Part shown: positions 27,651 to 41,037 of the stretch, piece by piece
Position numbering within the stretch: the first letter of the stretch is position 1
How the letters are laid out: each line of letters opens with the position of its first letter
NCBI RefSeq assembly: GCF_006345805.1
Contig: NC_043002.1
Coordinates: 31,124,001 to 31,188,000 of the forward strand
Direction of reading: 5' to 3'
From: Octopus sinensis
Taxonomy: Eukaryota
DNA: 64,000 nt
Notes under the pieces: model-generated
The model's database searches: none
Told to the model about the DNA's origin: nothing
The model's input: the letters and a program-made list of their open reading frames with translations, nothing else
Program-made: the position numbers and the translations under genes

Positions 27651-28992
27651 TATATATAATAATATATATATATATATATATATTTTTATATATCCTATAT
27701 TATCGCTATCTAAATAAATACATATATGTGCAAAATGGTTGCTTCTTACAAATTTCTAAGTGTATTGTCATCCTAACTTGAATCGTCGTTAGGGAATTTA
27801 GAATTATCAATTTGTTTAGTGTTCTCTCTCACAGTATCATAAATTCTACACTATGTACTAGTCTTTGTGTTATATTTAATATGTCGTCTTACACGATTCT
27901 AATATATGTTACCGCTTTTAGCGATTTACTAATCCATCCTCATTTCCATTCAAGAAAGAACTAAGTTCATCTTTCTGAATGTATTGATGGTTGACATGGC
28001 AGAACAGCAATGAACTTAGGCATGTGGTGGCCAGTAACGGGTTTCGTTCATGACTTAGGTAATCGCTCAATATAATGGAACAGTCCTATTAAATAAAATT
28101 ACGCAATGCAGAAATGTTTTACCTTAAACCCAAGGAGGAACAAATCCATTTCTCTACACACATGCACACATACACACACGACCAAGCAAAGAAAAAATAG
28201 TAGTGCTAGACCTCTAAAAGTTTACAAGTGCCTTGTGAGCCTTCTGCTGAACAGTTCTGCCGTCGATGTTTGGAAGTACCACCTATCTTATTTAAAGCTT
28301 GAAACAAATTTCGTTAACATTAGTTTGATATAAGATGCTGAGAAAAAGATGTTTTACGATTTTACTTAAAAGATTTTCAAGAAGTTGTGCTTTTCAGCAA
28401 TCAATTTGTCTGGCTATTTTCTCCAAACTGTGATATCTTTTCGATCGACTTTACCATAAATACGAAAACAGAAATGCAGCGTAATTCTTTTGTTGAAAAA
28501 GCCTGTCAAGTTCCTAAATACTATTCATATATGTATGTACACATTGGCACATAAATACGCGCGCGCGCGCGCGTATGCCTCCATGTGTTTATATTAAAGC
28601 ATGCATACACCATTATTTACGGTGCAATACAGAAATGTCAAGGTAAATGTATTACTATTAGTTGCAAGAAATCAGCTCACATCAGAACATAGATTGTTTG
28701 CTGAAACATATAAACTAGAACTAAAATGTGGTGATATTCATTGATCAACTGTAATTTGGCCTGAGGAGACACACACCAACGTCGAATAGTTCATCGAAAC
28801 ACCAATGAACTATTACCGAATAAACATTGGTCTGGAAGTTGTTCTCCAAGGACAAAAAAAAAACCCCAGCAATTGGAGTATACACACTTGAATCAGCAGG
28901 AACTCGTTTAGAATGATTATATAGTAGCAACTTGACTCGGCTCTATGTTACTGAAAGAGATGAGATGAGGCAACTGTCACTATATATATATA

Positions 28993-29045
<53 letters not shown>

Positions 29046-29583
29046 GATTAGTGAACCCAGCAGCGCTGCATCTGCATCGTCTTCAACTTGTAGAAATGTG
29101 GGTTTGTTTTACTAACAATGACTCCGAAGAAGCGGATCAAAACCGCGTTTAGGCCTTGTTAAAAATGCAGATCCATAGGAAGGCACGCATTTTGGCTCTG
29201 AATGATCATAGGTTAACCCATGTGTGCACCCAGTGGCAAAAGTTCTGGTGGCTACTATGACAGACGGACACAGGAGAAAGTGTGTGAAGACTTCCTGAAT
29301 TCATCTTGGAATTCTGTCAAACTGATCAACACTATTAGTGTTCTACAGTCTCTGATCTCAAAGCCCGGCAACACACCGTTCACCTGATGATATTCTCGGT
29401 TGAGAATATATAACAAACAGTCTTTCAAAGAAAACAATTTAGATTGAAGGGCCATACCATAACCTTATAGTTTAGGTCTCTTTGATGTTCTGTACTAAAT
29501 TATGTCAATATGAAAATCAATCGTACAAAATACAACAAAACATGTCTAAAATACAAACAGAAATGGTGTGATGGGTTGAATGA

Positions 29584-29677
<94 letters not shown>

Positions 29678-30039
29678 TGTGTGTGTGTATGTGTGTGTGT
29701 GTGTATGCATGTTTGTATGTATGTATGTATGTATATATGTATGTATATGTTGTTGATGTACTCTGTTGATATTATTAATTATGTCATTAATAGAAATTAG
29801 TTGTTCTTGTTTGCACAAAAATAATATTGTCATTTTGTCGGAAAGGAAGAAAAAGCTAGAACTGGAGAAACACAGAACTATCTGGATTCATTCATAGATG
29901 GAACCATTAAAGTGTCTTAATCTTTGCGTACTTAATTTTCAGCTATGGAAGCAAGTCGAGTTGTTTCCCATTGTATGATATATACCTTCTTTTCGAGAGA
30001 TAGTATTGCTTTAAGTGCAGACATAACTGAGCTGGCAAT

Positions 30040-30755
30040 AGAGAGGTTGTATTACTCAAATACGGAGAATCTTTCCTCTCACAATATACAAACATTTCTT
30101 ATGGCACCAGCAGACAAAATGGAAACCGCGTTTCCTCGGAGGATAGCGAGAGAAAAGCACTGGAACAGCCTCTCTGATACATGGGGCTCGCATTTGCGGA
30201 CAGCAATCTCTGCCCCAATAGTGATGAGCAGGGATATGGACCGTAGGCCAAGAACGCCGGAGGCCTCAACTACAAAACGTTCAACCATAAACCCTTCAAA
30301 GAGCGACAGATACCATGACAGTTTTATTTTTCTGAGCCTGACGAGCAGCAGAACCTTGACTGGCAGCTGATAACGCGAAGTTGCCACTGGAAATATCAAT
30401 GTATGTGGCATCACAGATATGTGACCTACCGCTACGGAACGGGAAAATTGACACACCGCCCGGCCTTCTAGGGTCCCTGCGGACTAGACCCGCTGTCCTG
30501 AACTCGGAAGGGGAGTCTACGGTGTCGAGACCATACTTTATGATCTTGTTAAGGGCGGCATAGCTTAGAAGGCCACCAGAGTAGTGGCATTCATGAAACT
30601 CATAATTCTAGCGAACAAGCTTCAGGTAAACGTTTATGTGAAGGCAGTCGCCATCAAGTTGGGTGTCAGTTGCGTGTGACGGTATCGCATTGAGCCAAAC
30701 TCTGCTGTGAGGCTCGGAGGCTGAGCGGAAACATGCCAGGCGGTGTTGGTCAATA
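30040..30755 (-). pseudogene. CRE-like non-LTR retrotransposon, 3' fragment (restriction-like endonuclease region)
   Basis: QHRLACFRSASEPHSRVWLNAIPS, YAALNKIIK, GLVRRDPRRPGGVSIFPFRSGRSHICDAT, FVVEASGVLG, LFQCFSLAILRGNAVSIL. This is the collinear motif series of CRE-clade C-termini, with frameshifts. Confidence 0.8.
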
Positions 30756-30759
30756 TAGA

Positions 30760-31075
30760 TGCAGGCAGAAATGGATAAAAGTCCGTTGTATAATTATATG
30801 TGTGTGTACATATATGTGTGTGCGTTTGTGCATACATGTATGCGCCCGCGAGTTGGTCTTTGCACCTGTGTTTGTTCCCCATCACCGCATGAGAAATGGT
30901 GTTCCTGCATTTAAGTTTCCTTAAGCAAGCGGTTCGATAATAGAGGGCAATAAGATAAGATCCCGAGTAAAAATAAAGTTAAAAAAAAGTACCGGTGCCG
31001 ATTCTGTCAGGTAAAATTATTCAAGGCATTGAACCGGAATTGCCACATTCTAATGAACGAAACAAGTAAAATAAA
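30760..31075 (+). mobile_element. Diverged SINE related to family 1 (body, microsatellite, tail) ending in (TAAA)n
   Basis: GTGTTTGTTCCCCATCACCGC...AGCGGTTCG...GAAACAAGTAAAA similarity to the family 1 tail. Confidence 0.5.
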
Positions 31076-31624
31076 TAAATAAATAAATAAGTAAGTAAAT
31101 AAATGAAACAAAAATTTTTAAATAACGTCGAAAAGAGTAATTTTGATTCTAAACGCATTCTTACGTTAGCATATCTATTTTACCCAAATATTTACTTTTC
31201 AATTTATCTGCAATTTAGTATACCATTTACATAATGCACCTACTTACCGATATATCTAAAGAATCTCATTCCACAATTGTGAGGTAGTGCGTTCAATCCT
31301 GAGTTGAACCTTGTCATGCGAATAAAATGAGAAGGTGTAAATAGAAGACTGAAATAAAAAGTACAGACTTACAGATTCGAGTTTTCACATGGATAACAAT
31401 GCAACTGCACAGGAGTTGAAAATTCAGACGGTCAACAAGAGAATTATCGCCATCAATAGACGGAGATTTACCATCACAACTATCTATCTATCTATCTGTC
31501 TGTCTATCTATCTATTTTTCTATATACCTATCTATCTCTCAATGTTTCTTTTTTTCCTTTCTTTGTGCTTATTTCGATATGCAGAATATGGATTTAATAT
31601 TTAAATATATATATATATGCATGC

Positions 31625-31679
<55 letters not shown>

Positions 31680-31717
31680 ATATATATTATATATATATAT
31701 ATATATATGTATGTATA

Positions 31718-31755
<38 letters not shown>

Positions 31756-31758
<3 letters not shown>

Positions 31759-32160
31759 CGCGGGAGTTGTTTTGTGGTAAGTAGCTTGCTTACCAACCAC
31801 AGCGCTTCTAGTTCGGTCCCACTGCACGCCACCTTAGGCTAGTGTATTTTACTAGAGTCTCGGGCCGACCAAATCCATGTGGGTGGATTTGGTAAACGGA
31901 AACTGAAAGAAGCACATCGTATGCGTGTGTGTGGTGTGTGTGTGTGTGTGTGTGTGTATTTATATGTTCGTGTACCTGTGTTTCTTCCCCCAACATCGCT
32001 TGACAGCTGATGCTGGGGTGCTTACATCCCAGTAATTAGCGGTTTGGAAAAAGGGCCCTATAAAAGAAGTACTTGTTTTACAAAGTCCTGAGGTCGATTT
32101 AATCCTCAGGTCGACTAAAGACAGTGCTCCGGCATGGCCGCAGTCAAATACCTGAAACGA
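31756..32160 (+). mobile_element. SINE family 1, full length
   Basis: AGGCGCGGGAGTTG..TGTGGTAAGTAGCTTGC head, internal (GT)n, and tail through GCATGGCCGCAGTCAAAT. Confidence 0.85.
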
Positions 32161-32205
32161 TATATATATGTGTGTGTGTGTGTATACATATATATATGTG
32201 TGAAT

Positions 32206-32252
<47 letters not shown>

Positions 32253-32794
32253 TGAGAGAGAGAGGAGAGAGAGATATACATATATATTATAACTTGCACT
32301 CAGTTGTGTATACACATATTTATAAATATACAAAATACATAGGCTTACGCTTATTTATATGCTTTAATGAACACGTAGCTAGTTGGTTATATGCAGAGAA
32401 AATTACTTATTCTAACATCTTATCCAGAAAATACTACACACATGAACACACACTCACAGGCACTCTCTCTTCACGCACATACATATTCAGTTTTATGTAA
32501 GTCCCCTTTGAAAATGAGTTGTCATCCTGGTGATAATATAATGTTTATTAGATTCCATGAGATTCAAATTGCCTTTCCACGTAAAGGAAAAAATTTAAAT
32601 GGAGAATATTTAAAAGAGATCAATAAAGACATAAACTAATATATATCGAGAGGCAAACAAAAGTATAGAGATATAATACAAGCATACACACATATATATA
32701 TACACATACATACATACATATATATACGCGCGAGAGTGTGTGGGCTCACATGCGTTTATATATGTAGATATACTTTCATTTATGCACTTGTATG

Positions 32795-32851
<57 letters not shown>

Positions 32852-33744
32852 TTGAAGATATATACATATGGTATTATATATGCATACATACATGCATGTA
32901 TATATGTATATACACATACATATATTTATATATATGTGTGTGTATACATTTATATATTTTTATAATTGTATGTATAAATGCACGTATATATCTGTACCTA
33001 TGTGCCTATGTGCGTATATATGTGTATATGTATACACATGGACATAAATATTTTTCTGTGATCGTATGTATTAGTACACACAGAAACACATAGCGATAGA
33101 CACACATATATATGCACCAAACTACGCACACATCTCTCTCCCTCTGTATATATATATATATATTATGTATATATATGTATGTGTGTATATGTTCATGAAT
33201 TTAAAAAGAAATCAAATAACAATAGGAGCCGTTGTTATGATGTCTAAGAACGAGCATTATATTTTTCTTTTTTCCTCTGTGATCCTTTATCAACTCCGAG
33301 CGTTTAAAATCATCTAAAAATGACGATGAAGCAGACAAAAAGGAAGATGACATTAATGACAACGGATATGGATAGAAAAAAAATTTGAAAAAATCAATGT
33401 TGGTGAGTACAGAAAAGTGGGAGTGGAAGGAAAAAATTAGGTGTTTGTCATTTAGGAGGGAAAGCATGGGAGAGAAAGGAAGAGGCTGAATGGAAATAGG
33501 AAGTGGAAGAAGTTAAATGAAGGAGATTACCGAATAACAGCAGCAACAACAACAACAATAACTTCAACAACAGCAGGTACAACAACAACAATAATAATGA
33601 CAATAATAATAATGAGGAAAATATCAAAAGCAGTAGTTACGAGAGAGCACCGCCCTTTTCTAAGAATATTTACCGTAAAATCTTCTGCCATTGAATAATG
33701 CATATACGTATAAACCCTCAACGCACATAGACATACACACACAC

Positions 33745-33824
<80 letters not shown>

Positions 33825-34794
33825 TATATATAATATGTGCAGAGCATATATACTTATAGACACATACATACATATATAATAGATTCACACACCCATACAT
33901 GTACTATGACTGCTTTTATCATATTTTGTTTGTATTTGTGTAGAAACCTGAAATATAGTCATACTTTTTTTTACAAAGGCGTACTTACTCTCTCTCATTC
34001 TGTCCCTCACATTTTCCCTTACACTTATTATAAACTACACATGCGTGTACAAATACAGACACATGAACACGAACAGACACGCACAAACATATATATATAT
34101 ATATATATATTCCAAGAATAACTTAACAAGAGAAACCAGTTAGCATATAGGACGCTATATATGAAAGCAAAGAGCTATGTAAGCCCACAGCCAGATGCAA
34201 AAGCTAATCTGTTGGCAGGGCTGTCACCTACAAATATAGGAGAAGGAACCTACAGGTTGTAGTTGACATGCTAGAATTAGCCGCTAAATCCCCTTCCAGT
34301 GACATCCAGCTGTCGTAAAATTCGTAAAGGTGTAGTAAACTATGTACTTCAAGGTACCCAGTAACAAGGCTCTTCATTTTTGATTTTCTTATTCGAAGCA
34401 GACTTATAGTTAAACAAGAAATATAGCAGCAATTCTCTTTATTTGAGCCTAGGCAACCTCTTGTGGTCGTTCAACGTGCTAGAAATAAAAATCACTTCTT
34501 GAAATTACAGAATACTGACTTTGAATACGAAATATACCAGGTATAGTATACGTATAAAAGTGATATACTATACGTATACAAGCGTATATTATACGCATAA
34601 AAACTCAGACGGGTTGATCACAACTGGAACGCCTTTGATCATAGACTTGTGCAACGAAGATGGTATTGGTAATAAACGACATTTGAGTCAATAGTTCTTT
34701 CGTTTCCTTTGATTTCATTAGACTGCGATCATGCTGAAGTATTTTTAATCGAATAAATCAACCTAATTTTTTGCTAAGCCTGATACCTATTCTA

Positions 34795-35070
34795 TCAGTG
34801 TTGGTATGTTTACGGGGATGTAAACATACCAGCACCGGTTGCCAAGTGATGGCATTGGGGGGGGGGGAAGCACAGGGGAAAATACACACATAAAAGCGCG
34901 CGGGAACACAAGCACAAACACATACATAATTCTTTCAGTTTCTCTCTACCAAGTCCACACACAAAGCTTTGGTCCCCCCGAGGTTGTAGTAGGAGACACT
35001 TGATGAAGGTTTCCACACAATGGTACCGAACCCAGAACAATGTGGTTGAGTTGCAAGCTTCTTACAACAC
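34795..35070 (-). mobile_element. SINE family 1, degenerate copy
   Basis: Reverse-complement similarity to the head, body and part of the tail of the copy at 45573. Confidence 0.7.
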
Positions 35071-35394
35071 AGCTACGTAAACGCCTGTATACGCTCCCTA
35101 ATTTCAGAAAGCAATTTGTCACTATTCGTCAATTAGAATTTAAAAATCGAAGACAATATGAGAATAGTCTTGCTCGTGTCTCGTCCTTTAGTAATTTCTC
35201 TAAAACTTCCATATTACCTAAAAAACATAAATAAGAAAATGAGATAGAGAATAGAATAAAATACTCTCCAGATTATTTCGTGGCATCTGATGTAATGTAT
35301 AAGTGCACAGTTATGCCTGGATAGCCGAAAAGATACGCAAGGCATTCTGTATGATGCTGTCATTACTGTCAGTTCACCGCATATGATAGATTGT

Positions 35395-35439
<45 letters not shown>

Positions 35440-35481
35440 ATCTATCTATCTAACACTCACTCTCTTTTTCTCTCTCTCCCC

Positions 35482-35512
<31 letters not shown>

Positions 35513-35639
35513 TACATGGCTCTGTGTGCAGTGCAACTGTGTGGTATCTTGGGCAAGTGTCTTCTGCTCTAACCATGGCATGGGCCGATGAAATCCTTGT
35601 GAGTGGATTTCCTGTGAGTGGATACTATTCAAGAAGTGA

Positions 35640-36570
35640 AGTAGATCGTTGATGACAATCCCAGAAGATCCATGAGATTGATTGCAAAAAACACCACGTG
35701 TCAAAAGGAACAATCCGAAATGTTGTCCGCAAATCCTAAGTGATCAGAAGAGGTCATTTTATTTTGGAAACAGTGAAGGAAAATCGCTTAATTAGATGTA
35801 AAACTTAAAACTTACAAAGATTAGATGAACAAACTTAAAAACCCATCAGATAAAGATGTCATCTGCTTCTTCTCGGACGAGGAAAACTTTGATCAAGGTT
35901 AGAAAATAAACAGAGGAAATGACAGATGGTTATGTACAGACCCCCTAGAAGTTCCAAGGGTAATGCATACAAAACAGTCCTGCAACAGTCATGGCTTTTG
36001 GGGTTGTCAGCAACGAAGGACATGTAATGCGTCCTCACTTCTTTCCACAAGGTCTTCGAGTAAAATCTCTTGCCTACATAGATGTTCTGAATACAGAGAT
36101 TAAGCCATGGATCGATAATGTACGCAACGGAAAAACTTTTGTGTTTCAACAAGACTCGGTTCCATCATACAAGGCTACAGCAACATAGGTATGGATGGTG
36201 AAAATTTTTTATGACTACATAACCCCTAACATTTGGCCTCCTAGCTCAATCCATTGCACTACCATATATAGAGCGTAGTTGAGAAAGAGCTTAATGAGCA
36301 CTCTCATAACACCGAAGAATTCCTGAAAGTCTCCATAGACAGAGTAATGTCTAATATGAACACAGGCCACTGATCATAGCATTAAGGCGATTCAGACCTC
36401 ACATAGAAGCCTTCATTGAAGTTGAAGGAGATATTATTGGATAAAATGACGAAACAATATATATTCTTATCCTCAAAATCTTTTTCAGGAACAAAAGCGT
36501 TGTTGTCAGTTTCTAAGAGTCATGATTGTGTAAGTATATAGCTGTACGCAAATACCTTACGCACCATCTA
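35640..36570 (+). pseudogene. Tc1/mariner superfamily (DD37D/maT-like) transposase remnant with probable 3' TIR
   Basis: DDNPRRSMRLIAK (HTH), FSDEENFDQ, NDRWLCTDPLEVPRVMHTK, FGVVSNEGHVMRPHFFPQGLRV..AYIDVL..IKPWID, FQQDSVPSYKA, ITPNIWPPSS. Ends in a TA-terminated ...TTACGCACCATCTATA at ~36570. Confidence 0.85.
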
Positions 36571-37194
36571 TATGAACTTTCATACTACTTGCATTGTTTA
36601 TATATGCATCTACTCTTTGCTAATAAAGGAGGTACGTACTATAAAGGAAAAAATAAATAAATAGCATACAGTCTCAGACAAGATCTCTCGAAAGACAAAA
36701 GCAATTTGGAAGAGAATGAATGTTTGTATCAAATAGGTGGTTAACCAAATATACAATCAATAATATAGCAAGTGACTCAAATAACTGACCATTGAACAAA
36801 CGTAGTTAGACCATATTATTGCCTAGCTTAGTACCTCAAACATCTAGTTAAGTAACGAGGCAAACATATCAAACAACCTTTTCTTGTTTTGGTACGAGTC
36901 TTGCAGTTTTTAGAGGGATGAGACAGTCGAGTACATCGATTCCATTACTTGATTGGAACTTTGTTTATCGATCCCATAAGTTGAAAGGGTAACCTTGCTC
37001 AAATCTCAGTGAGATTATCGTTGTGTTTATCCTTTCGGCGTCGATAAAATAAATTACTTATGAAGTACCAGGGTCGTTATGAAGTACTTAACCCCTTCCT
37101 TTAAACTACTACACTTCTACCAATATCTTAATAAAATCAAAACAATCATTTAAGGTAATTGTTTGACAATGTTTATCATTCCAGTAGATGTTTC

Positions 37195-37440
37195 AAAACA
37201 ATGTCAACGTATGAATTTGTTCAAGGAAAGAGAATCAAATATTCCACCAAACTATACAAAAGTGGAACGACCTGAAAAATTGCCAAGAAGCTCAGGATCA
37301 GATGGGATGTGTGGAAAAGGATTTGACCTAAGCAGAGCCTTCAAATTGGAAAGGGGAAAGGAATTTGGAGCAGGCATTCCTTTGTGTGACTATGGAAGTG
37401 AAATCACAAGATGAGCAACAAATGGATCTCAAATAGATGC
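37195..37440 (+). pseudogene. Possible Tc1-like transposase N-terminal HTH remnant
   Basis: A frame not in the ORF track reads KRIKYSTKLYKSGTT*KIAKKLRIRWDVWKRI, like the LYxxG...IAKKLxI paired-like HTH. Multiple stops. Confidence 0.35.
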
Positions 37441-37521
37441 TAGTTTCATAATTGTAAAAAAATATTTTAGAAAAACTATAAATGATTTATGAAGATTTTA
37501 AATGCTTTACCGAAAGAGAAG

Positions 37522-37790
37522 ATGATGAAGAAGAAGAAGAAGAAGAAGAAGAAGAAGAAGAAGAAGAAGAAGGAGAAGGAATGGAGGAGGAGGAGGAGAA
37601 GTAGGAGGAAGAGGAGGAAAGGAAGCAAAAGAAGAAGAAGGAAATGAAGTAAAAGAAGGAGGAGAAGGAAGTAAAAGAAGAAGGAAAGGAGTAAAAGAAG
37701 AAGAAGAAGAAGAAAAGGAAGGAAAAGAAGGAAAAGTAGAAGTGAGAAAGAAAGAAAGAAAGAAAGAAGAGGAGACAACCATAGAATAAA
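37522..37790. repeat. (GAA/GGA)n purine-rich low-complexity tract
   Basis: Direct sequence. Confidence 0.9.
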
Positions 37791-38736
37791 GATAAAAAGA
37801 AAAACAAAGAAATTAAAATAGAGAAAAAATGTTCAGTAATGTTACTATAAACAAGCTTGATTGAAAAGGAACTGCAAAAAGTGTGAATAAATGTTAAAAC
37901 TAATTGGTAACAAATAAGAAAAGAAAAAAAAATTATGAGGAAAATATGATTAGATGATGCAGTGGTGGGAGCGGAAGAGAAATTATAGAAAATAAATAGT
38001 GAAAACATAAAAAATAATTTAGTTGTTGTATGAATGTCTGCATTTACTTCTTAGAAAATATAAAGATCATGAATAATACATATTTCATATAAAGAGAAGA
38101 ATATCGTATTTAAATCGATAATTATATATATATATATATGTACGCAGACACACACTGTATGTATAGCTTTGTAATGCATGTGTGTATTTATGTGCGTTCA
38201 GTGCTCAAATTTCCATATCACATTACAAAGGGGAGAGAAAGAAATATTTTTTCTTAAAAAAAGTGTAAAGAAAATATGTAAATGTTTAATTGTGAAAGTA
38301 AATCAAATTTTATATTTTTATGGTTTCTCTTCAGAAAGTTATTGTTCATATCGTAGTTCTTTTTCATGCTTGTTTTAAATGCTGACGTCATTATGCTGTT
38401 GTTGTTATGGTTTATTTAATATTTGTTTCTTTGATATGTCAGATAAAATGTCCATTGATGAATAGGTGTCAGCTAAATTTATTAAAGTTGTTATCACACA
38501 CACAATCACGCACGCACGCGCGCACAAAAATACCCATACATACACAGACAGATTCAGTCACTCATACACACGCGTTTGTCTGTATATATTTGTGTATGTA
38601 TCTATGTTTGTATATATGTATGTATACGTGCATATATTGTGTAAAATCATTCAACATAAAAAAGAATAATACAGAAAACTCAATTTTTTTACAAATATTG
38701 TATTAGTTTAACACTTCAGAAATTGACATGAGAATG

Positions 38737-38772
38737 TCTTAACATTTCGGACATAGGTTCTTCATCAGAAAA
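38737..38772 (-). ncRNA. Degenerate minimal type I hammerhead ribozyme motif (Penelope-type)
   Basis: Minus strand TTTT-CTGATGA-A-GAAC(CTAT)GTCC-GAAA-TGT-T-AAGA. Confidence 0.5.
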
Positions 38773-38896
38773 TAAACAAAAGTATTAAGGAAACATTGAG
38801 TGAAAGAAGAAAATAGAATTAGTAGGCTCGTGAAAAGTGTAAGAAAAGGAATTACAAAATTAGGGAAAACATTAAAATATCATTTAATTACAAAAT

Positions 38897-39110
<214 letters not shown>

Positions 39111-40478
39111 ATCACTAAATCATACTTTTCTAAAAAAAAAATTATGACAGATTTAGATAGTTGCAAAAAAATACTAGCGCCATGAGAGGATATGAATGGT
39201 GTACTTATGTTCTAGAGGATAAGGTTTGAGGACCGAACTACTAAGAATAAGTGCTGAATTATAAATTTAGTTGTAAGACATGTAAATTAAACATGCTTGT
39301 ATCTTTTCTGTTCAAGGGGCTAGCCGTGATTGGGAATATGTAATATCTTCATTTGACTCCTACAGGATATTAGAAGATATTTTTGCTTATTTTACATTTC
39401 CAACTATCACTGTTTTTAAATCATGCTAGATATTTGGTTACATCGATTGTCTCATATTTACCTATTTTCGGCAGTGCATAAATAACTGTTTTCATCTCCG
39501 TTCCCGTAAAGTCACGATTTTGAAAGTTATATTTCACTGTAACCTGCCTCTAGAACCACGCTTTAAATCAGGCTGCGGCTACTCCGTTAATCGGCAGTAA
39601 CTTGGAATGCTAAATCCTCTGCAACGACCGACGAGAAGATTAGCTACTACGAATCATACTACCCAAATACGTGCAAGCATATAACTGAAAACTATATGTG
39701 AACTTGCACTGCCACTGCAAATCCGAATATGCTTTGTTGGTCGGAACCGGCTCAATCCAGCACGCTTGAATACCACTGCAAGTACAAGCAAAGTAAGTAC
39801 ATTGCAATTCGAGGTCGATTCTCTCAATGATTAAAATGAGCTGCAGAACTTAGTCGCCTATAGGTTTTGCAGCTCCTGACGCAAGAAAGAAATGATAGCA
39901 GTGTGTCTTGATTTTTACTCGGTCATCTGAACGATACATGCTTATAAGTGTACACCGCGAAGTTTTAATTAATATCAGAATGGGTCAAATTTGACTACAA
40001 AAATTTCTGCTTTCTTCTGCTTAAGAATGAGATATATTACGAGATCTAGGAAGCCCTGGTAATTATGAAAGTTCTTCAAAATCTATAGCCAGTTCTTCCA
40101 TAGGGGTTCTGTACTATGCACACCCCGAATAATCAGAGATAACACACACATGCGCCTGCATAATTTTGTGTGTGTAAATATATATATATATATACTCGAC
40201 TTTGGCAGCAACTGAAGAAATGCCACTAAAAGTTCTGTCAGGCCTGCTAACGATCCTGACTGCACCTCACATTTGACCTGTCATAACAGCTCAACTGCCC
40301 ATATTAAGCAGAAATCATTCGCAAATTCCAGGTTTTGTTCATCAATTTTACAACACCTAAAATGTTGTCTTTGCTTTCATTCTTAATTCTGCAGAATTTG
40401 GAAGGTGATATATTACTTGCCTGATAAAAATTATGAGAATATTGTAGTTTGCTTGGATCATTGTGTATTGCTTATAAA

Positions 40479-40830
40479 GAATAAAATAATTTGAATGGTA
40501 CAACAATGCACTATAATACAAACAACGGGCTATATACCTGTCGTAATTTAACCATCCATAGTCTGATGATAATTCGGAATAAAATTCCTTCCTCAGATAT
40601 CCCTAGGAATTGATGGAGTCGCTGCTATAATATGGCACAATATATAATAATATATAATATAATATTGCATAATATATATTATAACAACGACTCCATTAGT
40701 TCCTAGGTATATCTGAGGAAGAATTTATATTCCCAAATATCATCAGACTATGTATGGTTAAATTACAACAGGTATATAGCCTATTATTTGTATTATTGTG
40801 CATTGGTGTACCATTCAAAACATTTTATTC
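40479..40830. mobile_element. Fold-back element with ~150-bp diverged arms (40479-40630 / 40677-40830), each with a degenerate hammerhead core
   Basis: Arms are reverse complements with scattered mismatches. CTGAGGA at 40713-40719 (+) and 40596-40590 (-), each followed by a GAAT/ATTC-type stem. Confidence 0.75.
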
Positions 40831-41037
40831 TTGATAAAAATTGTTTTGCACTCTCTCTATATTGAAAATCGTATGTCTATAGTAATGTAAACCAGCTTGT
40901 ATTCAATGGTATTTAACTTATATGCAATCACACTATCCCAATTTCTCTCATATTATCTTACTATTCCATGGGCATTGGAATTGTAATGTGTGTGGTATGT
41001 ATGTTTCTTTGTACATGTATGTATGTATGTACGTATG

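Noticed and set aside
29375-29430. CTGATGA followed by a perfect 7-bp hairpin TATTCTC(GGTT)GAGAATA
   Set aside because: GAAA is replaced by TATA and no stem I or III could be placed; insufficient for a hammerhead call, though possibly a decayed one.
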